Below, one piece after another: positions 26,452-35,723 of a DNA stretch of 58,402 nucleotides. Source of the stretch: Minisyncoccia bacterium (lineage in GTDB: Bacteria; Patescibacteriota; Minisyncoccia; Phycocordibacterales; UBA918); contig JBGSSW010000008.1 of NCBI GenBank assembly GCA_041736805.1, positions 68,897 through 127,298 of the forward strand. The letters are read 5' to 3'. The translations under genes were made by a program, and so were the position numbers. Each line of letters begins with the position of its first letter. Position 1 is the stretch's first letter. The notes under the pieces are model-generated. The model searched no databases. It was not told the origin of the DNA and saw nothing but the letters and a program-made list of their open reading frames with translations.

Positions 26452-27723
26452 ATGCAAAAATTCTTTCACAAGCTGACTCTAATCTTCACTGAGCCAGCTA
26501 TCAGAAATCGTATCCTCTTTGTTCTAGCTGCACTAGTTGTATTTAGAATGTTAGCAACAATTCCAATTCCAGGAGTTGATGTTAATGTCTTGGAGAACTT
26601 TCTTAGTGATAATCAATTCTTCGGCTTACTTAATATATTCTCTGGGGGTGGACTTTCAAATATGTCTATCGTGATGCTTGGAGTAGGACCTTTCATTACC
26701 GCATCAATTATTATGCAATTGATGACTGTTATGGTTCCTGCTCTGAAGAGTTTGTACACAGAAGAAGGAGAGGCAGGAAGAGCAAAATTTACTCAGTATG
26801 TGCGCATGCTCACTCTTCCTTTGGCAATCTTGCAAGGTTTTGGTTTCTTATCACTCCTTAAAAGTCAGGGTGTAATTGGCAACCTAACAACTTTTGACTT
26901 CATCGTTAACATTGTTTTGATAGTGAGCGGTTCAATCTTACTGATGTGGATTGGTGAACTAATTACTGAATACGGAATAGGTAACGGTGTTTCAATTCTT
27001 ATCTTTTCTGGAATTGTGGCTGGTTTACCAGCACAAGCTCAGCAGTTACTTTATAGTTACCAGCCATCACAATTGCCCATATACGTTGGCTTTTCACTTC
27101 TTGCACTAGCAATTATTTACGCAGTTATTATTATGACAGAAGCTGAGCGACCTGTACCAATTACTTATGCCAAACAAAGTCGTGGGGGGTCTACTTATGG
27201 AGGAAGTTCTTCATACTTACCACTGCGATTGAATCAGGCTGGAGTAATCCCAATCATCTTCGCTCTCTCGATTCTGTTATTGCCACAAATGGTACTAAAT
27301 ATCTTGATGGCTTTTGATCTATCATGGGTAGCTGGAGCAAATGAAACAGTTACTGCTTTGCTGGCAAACCAGCTATTGTATGGTTCAGTTTACTTCACGT
27401 TAGTATTCTTGTTCACTTTCTTCTATACCGCCGTTACTTTCGACCCAGACGCAATTGCTAAAAATTTGCAACGTAACGGGGCGTTTATTCCAGGTATCCG
27501 TCCAGGAGTCCACACTTCAAATTATCTAGGTAGCCTTATCACTAGACTTACTTTAGTTGGAGCAGGATTCCTCGGTATCGTAGCTGTACTACCTGTTGGT
27601 ATGCAGGCAGCTACAGGCATCACAGCTTTGGCTATTGGTGGAACGGCAGTTTTGATTGTCGTGTCAGTAGTCTTAGATTTAGTTAGACGAGTTGATGCTC
27701 AACTTTCCCTTCGAGAGTACTAG
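26452..27723 (+). CDS. secY: Preprotein translocase subunit SecY
   Basis: LGVGPFITASII, GIGNGVSILI, AGVIPIIFA, FIPGIRPG, GGTAVLIVV. Confidence 0.98.
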   Translation: MQKFFHKLTLIFTEPAIRNRILFVLAALVVFRMLATIPIPGVDVNVLENFLSDNQFFGLLNIFSGGGLSNMSIVMLGVGPFITASIIMQLMTVMVPALKSLYTEEGEAGRAKFTQYVRMLTLPLAILQGFGFLSLLKSQGVIGNLTTFDFIVNIVLIVSGSILLMWIGELITEYGIGNGVSILIFSGIVAGLPAQAQQLLYSYQPSQLPIYVGFSLLALAIIYAVIIMTEAERPVPITYAKQSRGGSTYGGSSSYLPLRLNQAGVIPIIFALSILLLPQMVLNILMAFDLSWVAGANETVTALLANQLLYGSVYFTLVFLFTFFYTAVTFDPDAIAKNLQRNGAFIPGIRPGVHTSNYLGSLITRLTLVGAGFLGIVAVLPVGMQAATGITALAIGGTAVLIVVSVVLDLVRRVDAQLSLREY

Positions 27724-27724
27724 A

Positions 27725-27776
27725 AATACTAAATAAAAAAACGCTCGCAAATGCGAGCGTTTTTTTATTTAGTATT
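27725..27776. terminator. Bidirectional terminator between secY and cmk
   Basis: 25-bp perfect arms around ACGCTCGCA-aa-TGCGAGCGT, overlapping the cmk stop codon. Confidence 0.85.
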
Positions 27777-28401
27777 GATTCTTAAAAGAAAAACCGAGTG
27801 GAACAGAACTATGCTCCTTTTTCCAGGTCGTAGTATTAAGCCAGCGACGGTAACTATCAAAAACAGTCAGAGCAACAGTTTGTGGACTGTGTCTGGAAGT
27901 GTCAATTACTAAGTCAAAGTGTTCTGAATTGTATGGGTCAACATTATATAAGTCTCTAAAGCGTTCTCTTTCTGTCTCCATCCTTTTTCTAACTTGTTTG
28001 GAGACAGCATCAAGTGAATCAGCAAATTCTCCACCCTTAGTCCTGCCGTTATTACTGACCGCATCTTTGAAAATACGCACAGTAGCTATCTGGATATCCA
28101 GGTCCAAGTAGACTTTGAAAGATTCAGGAATCCAATAAAATCCTAGTCTAGAATCGACGACGATATCATTTTTGCTGCGGAGGTTGCGCAAATAAACATC
28201 AATTTTTTCGTCTAGAGCATGATCGTTAGCCGCTTTTTCATTATATTCAGCTAAGGTTATTCTCTCACGTGAGAGGAGATTTCTTACCATGTCACCGGAA
28301 GAATGTCGGGTGTAATTGAGTAGTTCGGCTACCTTATCAGCTGTAGATGACTTACCACTACCTGGTTTTCCAGAAATAGTGATGATATGCTTTTTTTCCA
28401 T
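27769..28401 (-). CDS. cmk: Cytidylate kinase (archaeal-type Cmk family)
   Basis: ITISGKPGSGKSS, SGDMVR, VVDSRLG, FDLVIDTS; TGnTATGCT-N7-ATG supports start 28401. Confidence 0.8.
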   Translation of the reverse strand: MEKKHIITISGKPGSGKSSTADKVAELLNYTRHSSGDMVRNLLSRERITLAEYNEKAANDHALDEKIDVYLRNLRSKNDIVVDSRLGFYWIPESFKVYLDLDIQIATVRIFKDAVSNNGRTKGGEFADSLDAVSKQVRKRMETERERFRDLYNVDPYNSEHFDLVIDTSRHSPQTVALTVFDSYRRWLNTTTWKKEHSSVPLGFSFKNQY

Positions 28402-28462
28402 TCCCCCTAGCATATCATATGCTGTTGCGGAGCATCTAAAAAACTGTTAACCTCCTAAGGTT

Positions 28463-29032
28463 ATGAGTCAAAAAACAAAATTTCAAAGTATTGTCTTAAT
28501 GGGAAAAATTGCTTCAGGTAAAGGCACTCAAGCAAATCTTATCCTAGATGAATTTGGGGGACATCTCTATTCCAATGGCAATAATACTAGAGCCGCTGCG
28601 GCAGAGGAGACAAATTTCGGTAAAAAAGTAAAAGAAACTTACGAAAGTGGGTATTTGATGCCAGAATGGTTGGCTTCGTATTGGATGACACACGCTTTGG
28701 TTGATCAATTCGAACATGATATTATCGTCTTTGAAGCAGTCGCCAAGAAACCAGATGAGGCAGAACTTTTTCATAAAATTCATGATTGGCTAGACCGTTC
28801 TTATATTGTCTTCAATCTAGAAGTCAGTGATGAAGTTGTTAATAGCCGAAGTGTTGCTCGAGCACGCGATATCTTAGACACGCACAAATCAGTTGAGAAG
28901 CGTTTGTCAGAATATCATACCCATACCGAAAAATCGGTCGATTTCTTTCGAAAAAAAGGTAACTTGATAGATATTGATGGCTCTAAGAATCCCGATGAAG
29001 TAAGTGAGCAAATATTTAGTTACTTAATTTAG
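28463..29032 (+). CDS. Adenylate kinase-like NMP kinase (divergent paralog 1)
   Basis: P-loop GKIASGKGTQ, GYLMP, KRLSEY, IDGSK; lacks DGFPR. Confidence 0.8.
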   Translation: MSQKTKFQSIVLMGKIASGKGTQANLILDEFGGHLYSNGNNTRAAAAEETNFGKKVKETYESGYLMPEWLASYWMTHALVDQFEHDIIVFEAVAKKPDEAELFHKIHDWLDRSYIVFNLEVSDEVVNSRSVARARDILDTHKSVEKRLSEYHTHTEKSVDFFRKKGNLIDIDGSKNPDEVSEQIFSYLI

Positions 29033-29036
29033 TTTT

Positions 29037-29633
29037 ATGCATCTGTACACGGTAATATTTATTGGTCCTCAGGGGAGTGGTAAGGGAACACAAATTGAAA
29101 AATTGAAGACTGCCCTCGAAGCTGATGATGAACGAAGGCGTGTCGTAGATATTCAAACCGGAAGACGTTTTCGTTCTTTAGCTGCTAAACAGGAAACTTT
29201 TGCAGAGGATAAGGTAGCTGTAACTTTGGATGCTGGTTCACTTCAACCCGACTTTCTCTCAGCGGTTCTTTGGGGACAAGCTATGGTAGACCAACTTGAC
29301 CCTAAAAGTCACCTCCTAATTGATGGTTTTCCGCGTACTGTAGCTCAGATTCCTGACCTAGAAGACGCTTTTCATTTCTTTGAACGGGGTGATGTCGAAG
29401 TTATAAATTTGGTCACGCCTGAAGAGGTTGTCCGTCAGCGTATGTATAGTAGAGCTAGAGCAGATGACACGGATGCTTCAATTGAAGAACGTCTGCGCTG
29501 GTATCGGGAAGATACTTTACCAGTAGTTGAATATTATCGAAAGCGAGCCAATACCGCCGTACACAATATTGATGGAACTAAAAGTATTGACGAAGTACAC
29601 GTTGAAATTCTCCAGGCTCTTAAGCTTAAATAA
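29037..29633 (+). CDS. adk: Adenylate kinase family protein (short-lid type)
   Basis: GPQGSGKGTQ, LIDGFPRT, RARADD, ERLRWY. Confidence 0.85.
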   Translation: MHLYTVIFIGPQGSGKGTQIEKLKTALEADDERRRVVDIQTGRRFRSLAAKQETFAEDKVAVTLDAGSLQPDFLSAVLWGQAMVDQLDPKSHLLIDGFPRTVAQIPDLEDAFHFFERGDVEVINLVTPEEVVRQRMYSRARADDTDASIEERLRWYREDTLPVVEYYRKRANTAVHNIDGTKSIDEVHVEILQALKLK

Positions 29634-29634
29634 A

Positions 29635-30405
29635 ATGATTACCAAAAAAACTCCAGAGGAAATCGAGGTGATGAAAGAGGGAGGGGCAATGCTAGCTAAA
29701 CTCTTAAAAGAGTTGGCAAAAGTAGCTGTGGCTGGTAATTCTACTTTAGATATCGATGATAGATTAATGGAGCTAGCTGAAAAATGGGGTTTTTCGCCTA
29801 TCCTTCTGGGCTACCATCCAGGTTTTGCTGACTATCCTTACCCAGCTGCCGCTTGTATCTCGGTTAATGATTGTGTCCAACACGGTATTCCTTCCGACAC
29901 CGTTATTCTAAAAGAAGGTGATGTGGTAAATATTGATACAGTAATTGAATACAAAGGTTTTGTCGTTGACTCTGGTATCACAATCGGCGTTGGAGAAATT
30001 TCCGCTGATGCAAAAAAGCTTTTAAATGTTACTCAAGAGGCTTTAGCTCATGGTATCAAGGCAGCAAAAGCAGGCAATCATATTGGAGATATTAGTGCGG
30101 CCATTCAGACATTTGTTGAATCCAGAGGACTCTCAGTAGTGGAAGTGCTATGTGGTCATGGAGTTGGTTATCAAATCCACGAGGAACCAACGATTCCTAA
30201 TTTTGGTAAAGCTGGCACTGGTCCCCTGATAGAAGTCGGACATGTTTATGCTATTGAACCAATTGTTAATTTTGGTAAAAAAGACGTTTATTTTGATGAT
30301 GAAGGAGATGGTTATAGTGTCTATACTAAAGATAAATCTTGGTCGGCACATTTTGAACATACTGTAGCAATTACCGAAAACGGACCGGTTATTTTGACTA
30401 AATAA
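29635..30405 (+). CDS. map: Methionine aminopeptidase type I
   Basis: CISVNDCVQHGIP, GHGVG..HEEP, AIEP, SAHFEHTV. Confidence 0.96.
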   Translation: MITKKTPEEIEVMKEGGAMLAKLLKELAKVAVAGNSTLDIDDRLMELAEKWGFSPILLGYHPGFADYPYPAAACISVNDCVQHGIPSDTVILKEGDVVNIDTVIEYKGFVVDSGITIGVGEISADAKKLLNVTQEALAHGIKAAKAGNHIGDISAAIQTFVESRGLSVVEVLCGHGVGYQIHEEPTIPNFGKAGTGPLIEVGHVYAIEPIVNFGKKDVYFDDEGDGYSVYTKDKSWSAHFEHTVAITENGPVILTK

Positions 30406-30444
30406 CACCAAGCAGATATACTGCCCACATAATAAAAAATCCAT

Positions 30445-31050
30445 ATGAAAAAATTACCAAATCAAGAGCGAACCTTTGTTATTTTAAAGCCTGACACTGT
30501 CCAGAGAAGTTTAATTGGAGAGGTAATTAAGCGTTTTGAAAAGACGGGCCTTAAGTGTTCAGCTGTTAAGATGTTTGTGGCAGACGAGGAAAAGCTTATT
30601 CAGCATTATCACAAAAGTGATGAGTGGTTTTTGAAAAAGGGAACCAATGTAGTAAATGATTTGATGGCTCAGGGATTGCCAATCACAAAAGAACCAATTG
30701 AATATGGTAAGGATATTATTCGAACTATTGTTAAGTATATGACAGCTGCACCTGTGGTAGCGATGGTCTGGGAAGGGAATCAAGCAGTTTCAGTAGTGAT
30801 GAAGATTGTTGGTACCACCGAACCGGCCACCTCTGATGTAGGGACCCTCCGGGGCGATTACACCATTGATTCATACGGACATTCTTCCTTTGAAAATCGA
30901 GCGGTTAGAAATCTAGTTCATTGTTCTGATGCGGTGGCAGAAGCCGAGCGAGAAATAGCCATTTGGTTTAAAGAGGAAGAAATTATGAAATACAGCACAG
31001 CTCAAGAAAGGATAATGTACGATGTAAACTTTGATGGTTCGCCTGAATAA
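30445..31050 (+). CDS. ndk: Nucleoside-diphosphate kinase
   Basis: ERTFVILKPD, GTLRGDY, NLVHCSD. Confidence 0.95.
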   Translation: MKKLPNQERTFVILKPDTVQRSLIGEVIKRFEKTGLKCSAVKMFVADEEKLIQHYHKSDEWFLKKGTNVVNDLMAQGLPITKEPIEYGKDIIRTIVKYMTAAPVVAMVWEGNQAVSVVMKIVGTTEPATSDVGTLRGDYTIDSYGHSSFENRAVRNLVHCSDAVAEAEREIAIWFKEEEIMKYSTAQERIMYDVNFDGSPE

Positions 31051-31090
31051 CTTGAATTCATTTTTCTAGCCCCGTGTTAATATTATTACC

Positions 31091-31236
31091 GGAACCATGT
31101 TAACGTATGTTCCGATTAAATCATGTTCAGGGCTGCCGGTAGTCTTTGGAAACTATGAGAACTCGCAAGAGATTTCAGAAATGACCAAGAGATGGTGCCC
31201 ACCTGGAATTTTCCAGGAGCATACGTGTGTGGTTCC
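31091..31236 (+). ncRNA. ssrS: Probable 6S RNA
   Basis: Rod-like fold: GGAACCA/TGGTTCC, ACGTATGTTCC/GGAGCATACGT, central bubble with 3' CACCTGGAA-tt-TTCCAGG hairpin; upstream TGnTAATAT and downstream terminator. Confidence 0.72.
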
Positions 31237-31239
31237 CTT

Positions 31240-31270
31240 TGAAAAAATACCTCTTTGAGGTGTTTTTTCA
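31240..31270 (+). terminator. Terminator of the putative 6S RNA
   Basis: TGAAAAAATACCTC-ttt-GAGGTGTTTTTTCA. Confidence 0.8.
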
Positions 31271-31295
31271 TTTCAGCCATGTTAACTTATTAGGT

Positions 31296-31688
31296 ATGAG
31301 TCTACGTTATGAAATTATATTACTGTTACTAGCCTGGGCACTGTTTGTCTTCACCTTTAGATTTTTCCTCTATTTTGATTTTTTTTGGCTCTTCTGGTGG
31401 GCGGATATTTTTATGCATACTTGGGGCGGGGGAATGTTGGTGATGTCTTGGTATACGATTGAGAGAACCAAGTCTTTTCCACGTACTATGGCACATAGAT
31501 ACAACCAACCACTTTTGGTCTTGTTAATTATTATGATCGGCTGGGAAATTTTTGAGTATAGCTTTGGAATTGCTAATACTACTGACTATGTTTTTGATAC
31601 GATGCAAGATTTTATTATGGGCGGATTGGGTGGAATAATAGTTTATTTATGGCTACGGTCGCGTACAATTAAAGATATAAAATTATGA
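31296..31688 (+). CDS. Membrane protein (DUF2238/VanZ-like HxxGG..WE..E..DT..D pattern)
   Basis: DIFMHTWGG..IGWEIFEY..DTMQDFIMGGLGG; start 31296 because the longer ORF overlaps the RNA and terminator. Confidence 0.7.
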   Translation: MSLRYEIILLLLAWALFVFTFRFFLYFDFFWLFWWADIFMHTWGGGMLVMSWYTIERTKSFPRTMAHRYNQPLLVLLIIMIGWEIFEYSFGIANTTDYVFDTMQDFIMGGLGGIIVYLWLRSRTIKDIKL

Positions 31689-33046
31689 AAACAACCTTAG
31701 GTTTTTATGGAGGAGTCGGATCAGTTACTGGAGCGAATTTTATGCTTGATACAGGCAAGGTAGCTATCTTGGTCGATTGTGGTTTAATTCAGGGCGATAA
31801 ATTTTCAGCCAATTTAAATGCTGAACCCTTTGTATATAATCCGGCTGAAGTGGACGTACTCTTAGTAACTCATGCTCATGCTGACCATATTGGAAGAATT
31901 CCAAAGCTAGTTAGAGACGGATTTGGCGGGGTTATTTACAGTACCACCGCTACTAAGGAATTAGCTCAAGTAATGCTTTATGATGCTCTTAAAGTGATGG
32001 AGTTTGAGGCGGAACGTTTTGGTAATGAACCTATCTATGAAGAGAAGCATATCGCTTCTTCTTTAGCTAATTGGAAAACTGTTGAATATGAAGAAAAAAT
32101 AAGTCTGGCTGATGAAATAGAAGCTTGGTACACGGACGCTGGACACATTCTTGGTTCGGGTGTGATACACCTCACTCGTAAGGGCAAAAAGATTGTTTTT
32201 ACAGGCGATATTGGTAATGTGCCACAGCCATTACTTTCAGCGCCGGTTATACCAAAAGACTATGATTATTTAGTTATGGAAAGTGTCTATGGCGATAGGT
32301 TGCATGAACAAGTAGAAGAGAGAACAGCCTTACTTCGGCAACACATCGAAGAAACTCAAAAAAGAAATGGCACTCTAATTATCCCAGCATTCTCTTTAGA
32401 AAGAACCCAGGCTTTGCTGTTTGAAATTAACAATTTAATTGAGACAGGTAAAATTGAATCTTTGCCAGTTTTTTTGGACTCACCGCTAGCCATCACTGTC
32501 ACAAGTATCTATCGTAGTTTTACCCGCTACTTAAGACCAGATGTACAGGAACAGATACGCTCTGGAGACGATATATTCGATTTTAACGGCCTTAAATTCA
32601 CTAATACTACCTCTGAGTCAAATGCTATAAAAGCCGAGCATAGAGCCAAGATTATTATCGCTGGTTCTGGTATGAGTCATGGTGGCCGGATTAGACGTCA
32701 CGAAAAGGAATTTTTGGATGAGACAAATACTACTCTACTTTTAGTAGGATATCAGTCGGTGGGAAGTGTCGGCCGTTTACTGCAAGATGGAGCAAAGTCA
32801 ATTATAATTGATGGTGAAAAGGTAAAGGTCAGGGCGAAGATTGCTATGATTAGTGGTTATTCTGGACACGCCGACCGGGATCAACTAATTAATTTGGTAG
32901 CAGAAGGAGGTGAAAAAGCCAAACAAGTGTTTGTAGTGATGGGGGAGGAAAGGGCTTCACTTTTCTTGACTCAACGGCTACGTGATTATCTTGGCATTAA
33001 TGCCGTCGCTCCAGAAGAGAATCAAGAAGTGGAAATTGATTTTTAA
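31685..33046 (+). CDS. MBL-fold beta-CASP ribonuclease (YSH1-like)
   Basis: LVDCG, THAHADHIG, AGHILG, MESVYG, GYSGHAD. Confidence 0.93.
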   Translation: MKTTLGFYGGVGSVTGANFMLDTGKVAILVDCGLIQGDKFSANLNAEPFVYNPAEVDVLLVTHAHADHIGRIPKLVRDGFGGVIYSTTATKELAQVMLYDALKVMEFEAERFGNEPIYEEKHIASSLANWKTVEYEEKISLADEIEAWYTDAGHILGSGVIHLTRKGKKIVFTGDIGNVPQPLLSAPVIPKDYDYLVMESVYGDRLHEQVEERTALLRQHIEETQKRNGTLIIPAFSLERTQALLFEINNLIETGKIESLPVFLDSPLAITVTSIYRSFTRYLRPDVQEQIRSGDDIFDFNGLKFTNTTSESNAIKAEHRAKIIIAGSGMSHGGRIRRHEKEFLDETNTTLLLVGYQSVGSVGRLLQDGAKSIIIDGEKVKVRAKIAMISGYSGHADRDQLINLVAEGGEKAKQVFVVMGEERASLFLTQRLRDYLGINAVAPEENQEVEIDF

Positions 33047-33062
33047 ATGAGCAAACGAGCGT

Positions 33063-33278
33063 AGCGACTATTGCGAATTTATGTCCCGATTTGTCCCGCC
33101 CTAGGGCAAATCGCTGGACGGACCAAATCTAACGCCCATAGAAATCTATATACTGATATTAAGCGACTATTGCGAATTTATGTCCCGATTTGTCCCGCCC
33201 TAGGGCAAATCGCTGGACGGACCAAATCTAACGCCCATAGAAATCTATATACTGATATTAAGCGACTATTGCGAATTT
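33063..33278. repeat. Perfect tandem repeat, 99-bp unit, about 2.2 copies
   Basis: AGCGACTATTGCGAATTT starts at 33063, 33162 and 33261; the two full units are identical. Confidence 0.9.
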
Positions 33279-33465
33279 TGTTCTGAATTCTCCTTTGCTC
33301 TAAGGTTAATTCTTGGAACTCGAAAACAAAACTACCTCAAGTTCGCCCCTGGCGAAGGGAATTCAGATTCCAACCTCTCATTTTTCGCAATAACAGCATA
33401 TTTTTTTAGATATTGAAATATTAGAAAAAAGTGGTATTGTCCTAGGTAACTCTTTGATTATATAA

Positions 33466-33521
33466 GGGTGAAACGAACAAACAGGAGATTAATTTAGTCT
33501 TTTGTTTGTTCGTTTCATCCC
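33466..33521 (+). promoter_or_regulatory. Long leader hairpin downstream of promoter 33413-33440
   Basis: GGGTGAAACGAACAAACAGGAGATTA/TAGTCTTTTGTTTGTTCGTTTCATCC with G-U pairs; promoter TTGAAA-N16-TATTGT. Confidence 0.55.
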
Positions 33522-33556
33522 GAGCGAACAAACACAACTTACTTCGGAGATATGCA

Positions 33557-34105
33557 ATGATTACACTCGACCGCTCTGCCGATTCCCTTGCTCAAGAAAT
33601 CCTCGGTGATAACTATGTTTCGCCAAGAGAAATCCGGAGTCAATTATGGACTGAACTTTTCAGTTATGCCGATTAACAACGGCGTCAGTTTGATAAATTG
33701 CCTAGCCCTGAGGAGTTGGAGCAGATGAAAGCTAATGGTGACATTCTCATCGCTGCTCCAGCAGTCGACGTTGGTTTCGAGGACGTCTATTCTTTGCAAG
33801 CGTTCTTTTTCAAGGGGAAACAATGGCCCCAGGACCCAAAATGGAGTTTCCTCAGAGACGATGTGATCAAGGGAAATTCCTGGCTTGTTCTTGGAAGGAG
33901 TTTCGAGCCCCAACCGAAAACACTCAACTTTACTGAGGTTTGTTATGCGGTCACCATGTACCGTGGGGTGCGGGGGAAAAACAAGTTACCCGATCTCAAC
34001 GTCAGGACATCTTCCTTTAAGACCGTTGGATGTACAGTTTGCGATGTTTGCGTTAGTGGCAATGGTGGCAACGGCCTCAATATGTACTTCCATTTTGGTA
34101 GGTAG
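33557..34105 (+). pseudogene. Interrupted hypothetical gene (in-frame TAA at 33674-33676)
   Basis: GGAGA SD and ATG 33557 in frame with ORF 33698-34105; one stop at codon 40. Confidence 0.65.
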
Positions 34106-34171
34106 TTGCTCCATTCGACTGACGATCTAACCCCCTTGAGACAGAAATGTCTCGAGGGGTTTAATATTGTT

Positions 34172-34210
34172 AACTAATAGCCGCATCCCTTTGGGATGCG
34201 GCTATTAGTT
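34172..34210. terminator. Terminator after rplT
   Basis: AACTAATAGCCGCATCCC-ttt-GGGATGCGGCTATTAGTT. Confidence 0.75.
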
Positions 34211-34221
34211 TTACATGAGGT

Positions 34222-34566
34222 TTACTTTACACTTTCTACAACGCGAGCAAAGGCTTCTGGGCGGTCCTTAGCTAGAGTGGCTAGCACTTTACGATCTAAT
34301 TCAACATTCTTTACCTTGAGGGTATTGATGAAGCGGCTGTACTTGATTCCAAAAGCCATCAAAGCGGCATTGATACGAACCGTCCAAAGCCGACGGAAGT
34401 CATTTTTCTTGTCCTTGCGGTGGGCAAAAGCGTAAAGTTGGGCGTGATAAATAGCTTCACGAGCCACTCGCTTTTTCTTTGATCTTTGTAAACGATATCC
34501 CTTTACTTCATCGAGAATATTTCGACGTCGTTTTTGGGCCATCAATCCTCCTTTTACACGTGCCAT
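34222..34566 (-). CDS. rplT: 50S ribosomal protein L20
   Basis: MARVKGG, FRRLWTVRINAA, LDRKVLA. Confidence 0.97.
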   Translation of the reverse strand: MARVKGGLMAQKRRRNILDEVKGYRLQRSKKKRVAREAIYHAQLYAFAHRKDKKNDFRRLWTVRINAALMAFGIKYSRFINTLKVKNVELDRKVLATLAKDRPEAFARVVESVK

Positions 34567-34604
34567 ATATTACAGATTATAGGTATTTACTAATAAAATA
34601 GAGT

Positions 34605-34796
34605 TTATGCGCCAGTACTAGGTAGAAAGCGACGAGTGATGCGCTTACTAAGAGTAAGGACTTGTGTTCGCTTGCGACGAAGTCGTTGTTGGCCTGTCTG
34701 ACGAGCATTAAAATGGTTCTGTCCAGCTTTACGAGCTACCAGCTTACCGTTTTTTGTTACTTTTATACGCTTACTGAATGATTTGTTTGTCTTCAT
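34605..34796 (-). CDS. rpmI: 50S ribosomal protein L35
   Basis: MKTNKSFSKRIKVTKNGK..NHF; between infC and rplT. Confidence 0.93.
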   Translation of the reverse strand: MKTNKSFSKRIKVTKNGKLVARKAGQNHFNARQTGQQRLRRKRTQVLTLSKRITRRFLPSTGA

Positions 34797-34869
34797 ATAT
34801 ATTTACTTGCCGGAGCCAAAGTGCAGCAACTATAGCGTATAGTGGCCGTCGTGTCAAAATTTTTGAGTC

Positions 34870-35514
34870 CTAAATCATCCCGTTTTCGAGGAGGTCATCC
34901 AAGGACTTCTTTTTGTTCTTTATAGCCTCATCCTTCAAGGGTTTTATTTCCTCCACCATTTCTGCTTTTACCTTATTTGGAACTTTGGCAGTATAAGTAC
35001 CTTTTGAACCAGGAATGCGCTCTAAAGTGATAGTAAAGCCTTTTGGGCTACGCTTTATTTCATCTGCTACTTTATATTCGGTTGGAATAATCTTAAGAAA
35101 ACGGTTCAATCGTTCTTTTAGGAAGGATTCTTCCATGTATTTATAACGTCCCCAAAGAAAAAGATCGACTTTTACGCGATGTCCTTCTTCTAGCCATTCA
35201 GCTGCGCGTCTAGCTTTTAGTTGTTGGTCGTGGTCGCCGGTCCCGATTTTAACCTGGACACTTTTGGTTTCAGTGACGTGGGACTTAGCTTTCATTTCAC
35301 TAGCTTTACGACCAGCTTGATATCTAAATTTACCAAAATCCATTATTTTAGCTACCGGAGGCTTAGCTTTAGGTGATATTTCAATTAAATCCAAATTAAA
35401 AGATTCCGCCGCCTTTAAAGCATCAGTGATAGATAAAAGTCCGAGATTTTCTCCCTCAGGTCCAACTACACGTAGTTCCGTTGCCCGGATAGCGTGATTA
35501 ATACGGGTCTTAAT
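34870..35514 (-). CDS. infC: Translation initiation factor IF-3 (probable ATT start)
   Basis: RINHAIRATELRVV, LDLIEISP..PPVAKIMDFGK; no ATG near the start, in-frame ATT at 35514. Confidence 0.92.
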   Translation of the reverse strand: MKTRINHAIRATELRVVGPEGENLGLLSITDALKAAESFNLDLIEISPKAKPPVAKIMDFGKFRYQAGRKASEMKAKSHVTETKSVQVKIGTGDHDQQLKARRAAEWLEEGHRVKVDLFLWGRYKYMEESFLKERLNRFLKIIPTEYKVADEIKRSPKGFTITLERIPGSKGTYTAKVPNKVKAEMVEEIKPLKDEAIKNKKKSLDDLLENGMI

Positions 35515-35723
35515 AGTGGTTTGCTTAGGATAATTTTTTAACAAGAAAATTTTGCTTATGTAATAAATTTCTGCTCAGGTTTAATTGAGTGATGCCTGTG
35601 AACTAAATCTCCAAATTTAGTTTCCAACGGTTGGCAACGATTGGTAACAAAAATCTATCATATTACAGGCTTTACGCAACCTTCAAATAACTATTTTTGA
35701 GTATAAAATATAAAATTCTTAAT

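Noticed and set aside
31227-31295. N-terminal extension of the membrane-protein ORF
   Set aside because: Overlaps the 6S-like RNA end and its terminator; ATG 31296 has a leaderless promoter
33063-33278. CRISPR-like repeat-spacer pattern
   Set aside because: Repeat only 18 bp, spacers 81 bp and identical, no cas genes in the window
33071-33286. 71-aa ORF of two 33-aa repeats
   Set aside because: By-product of the 99-bp duplication; TTG start with no initiation signals
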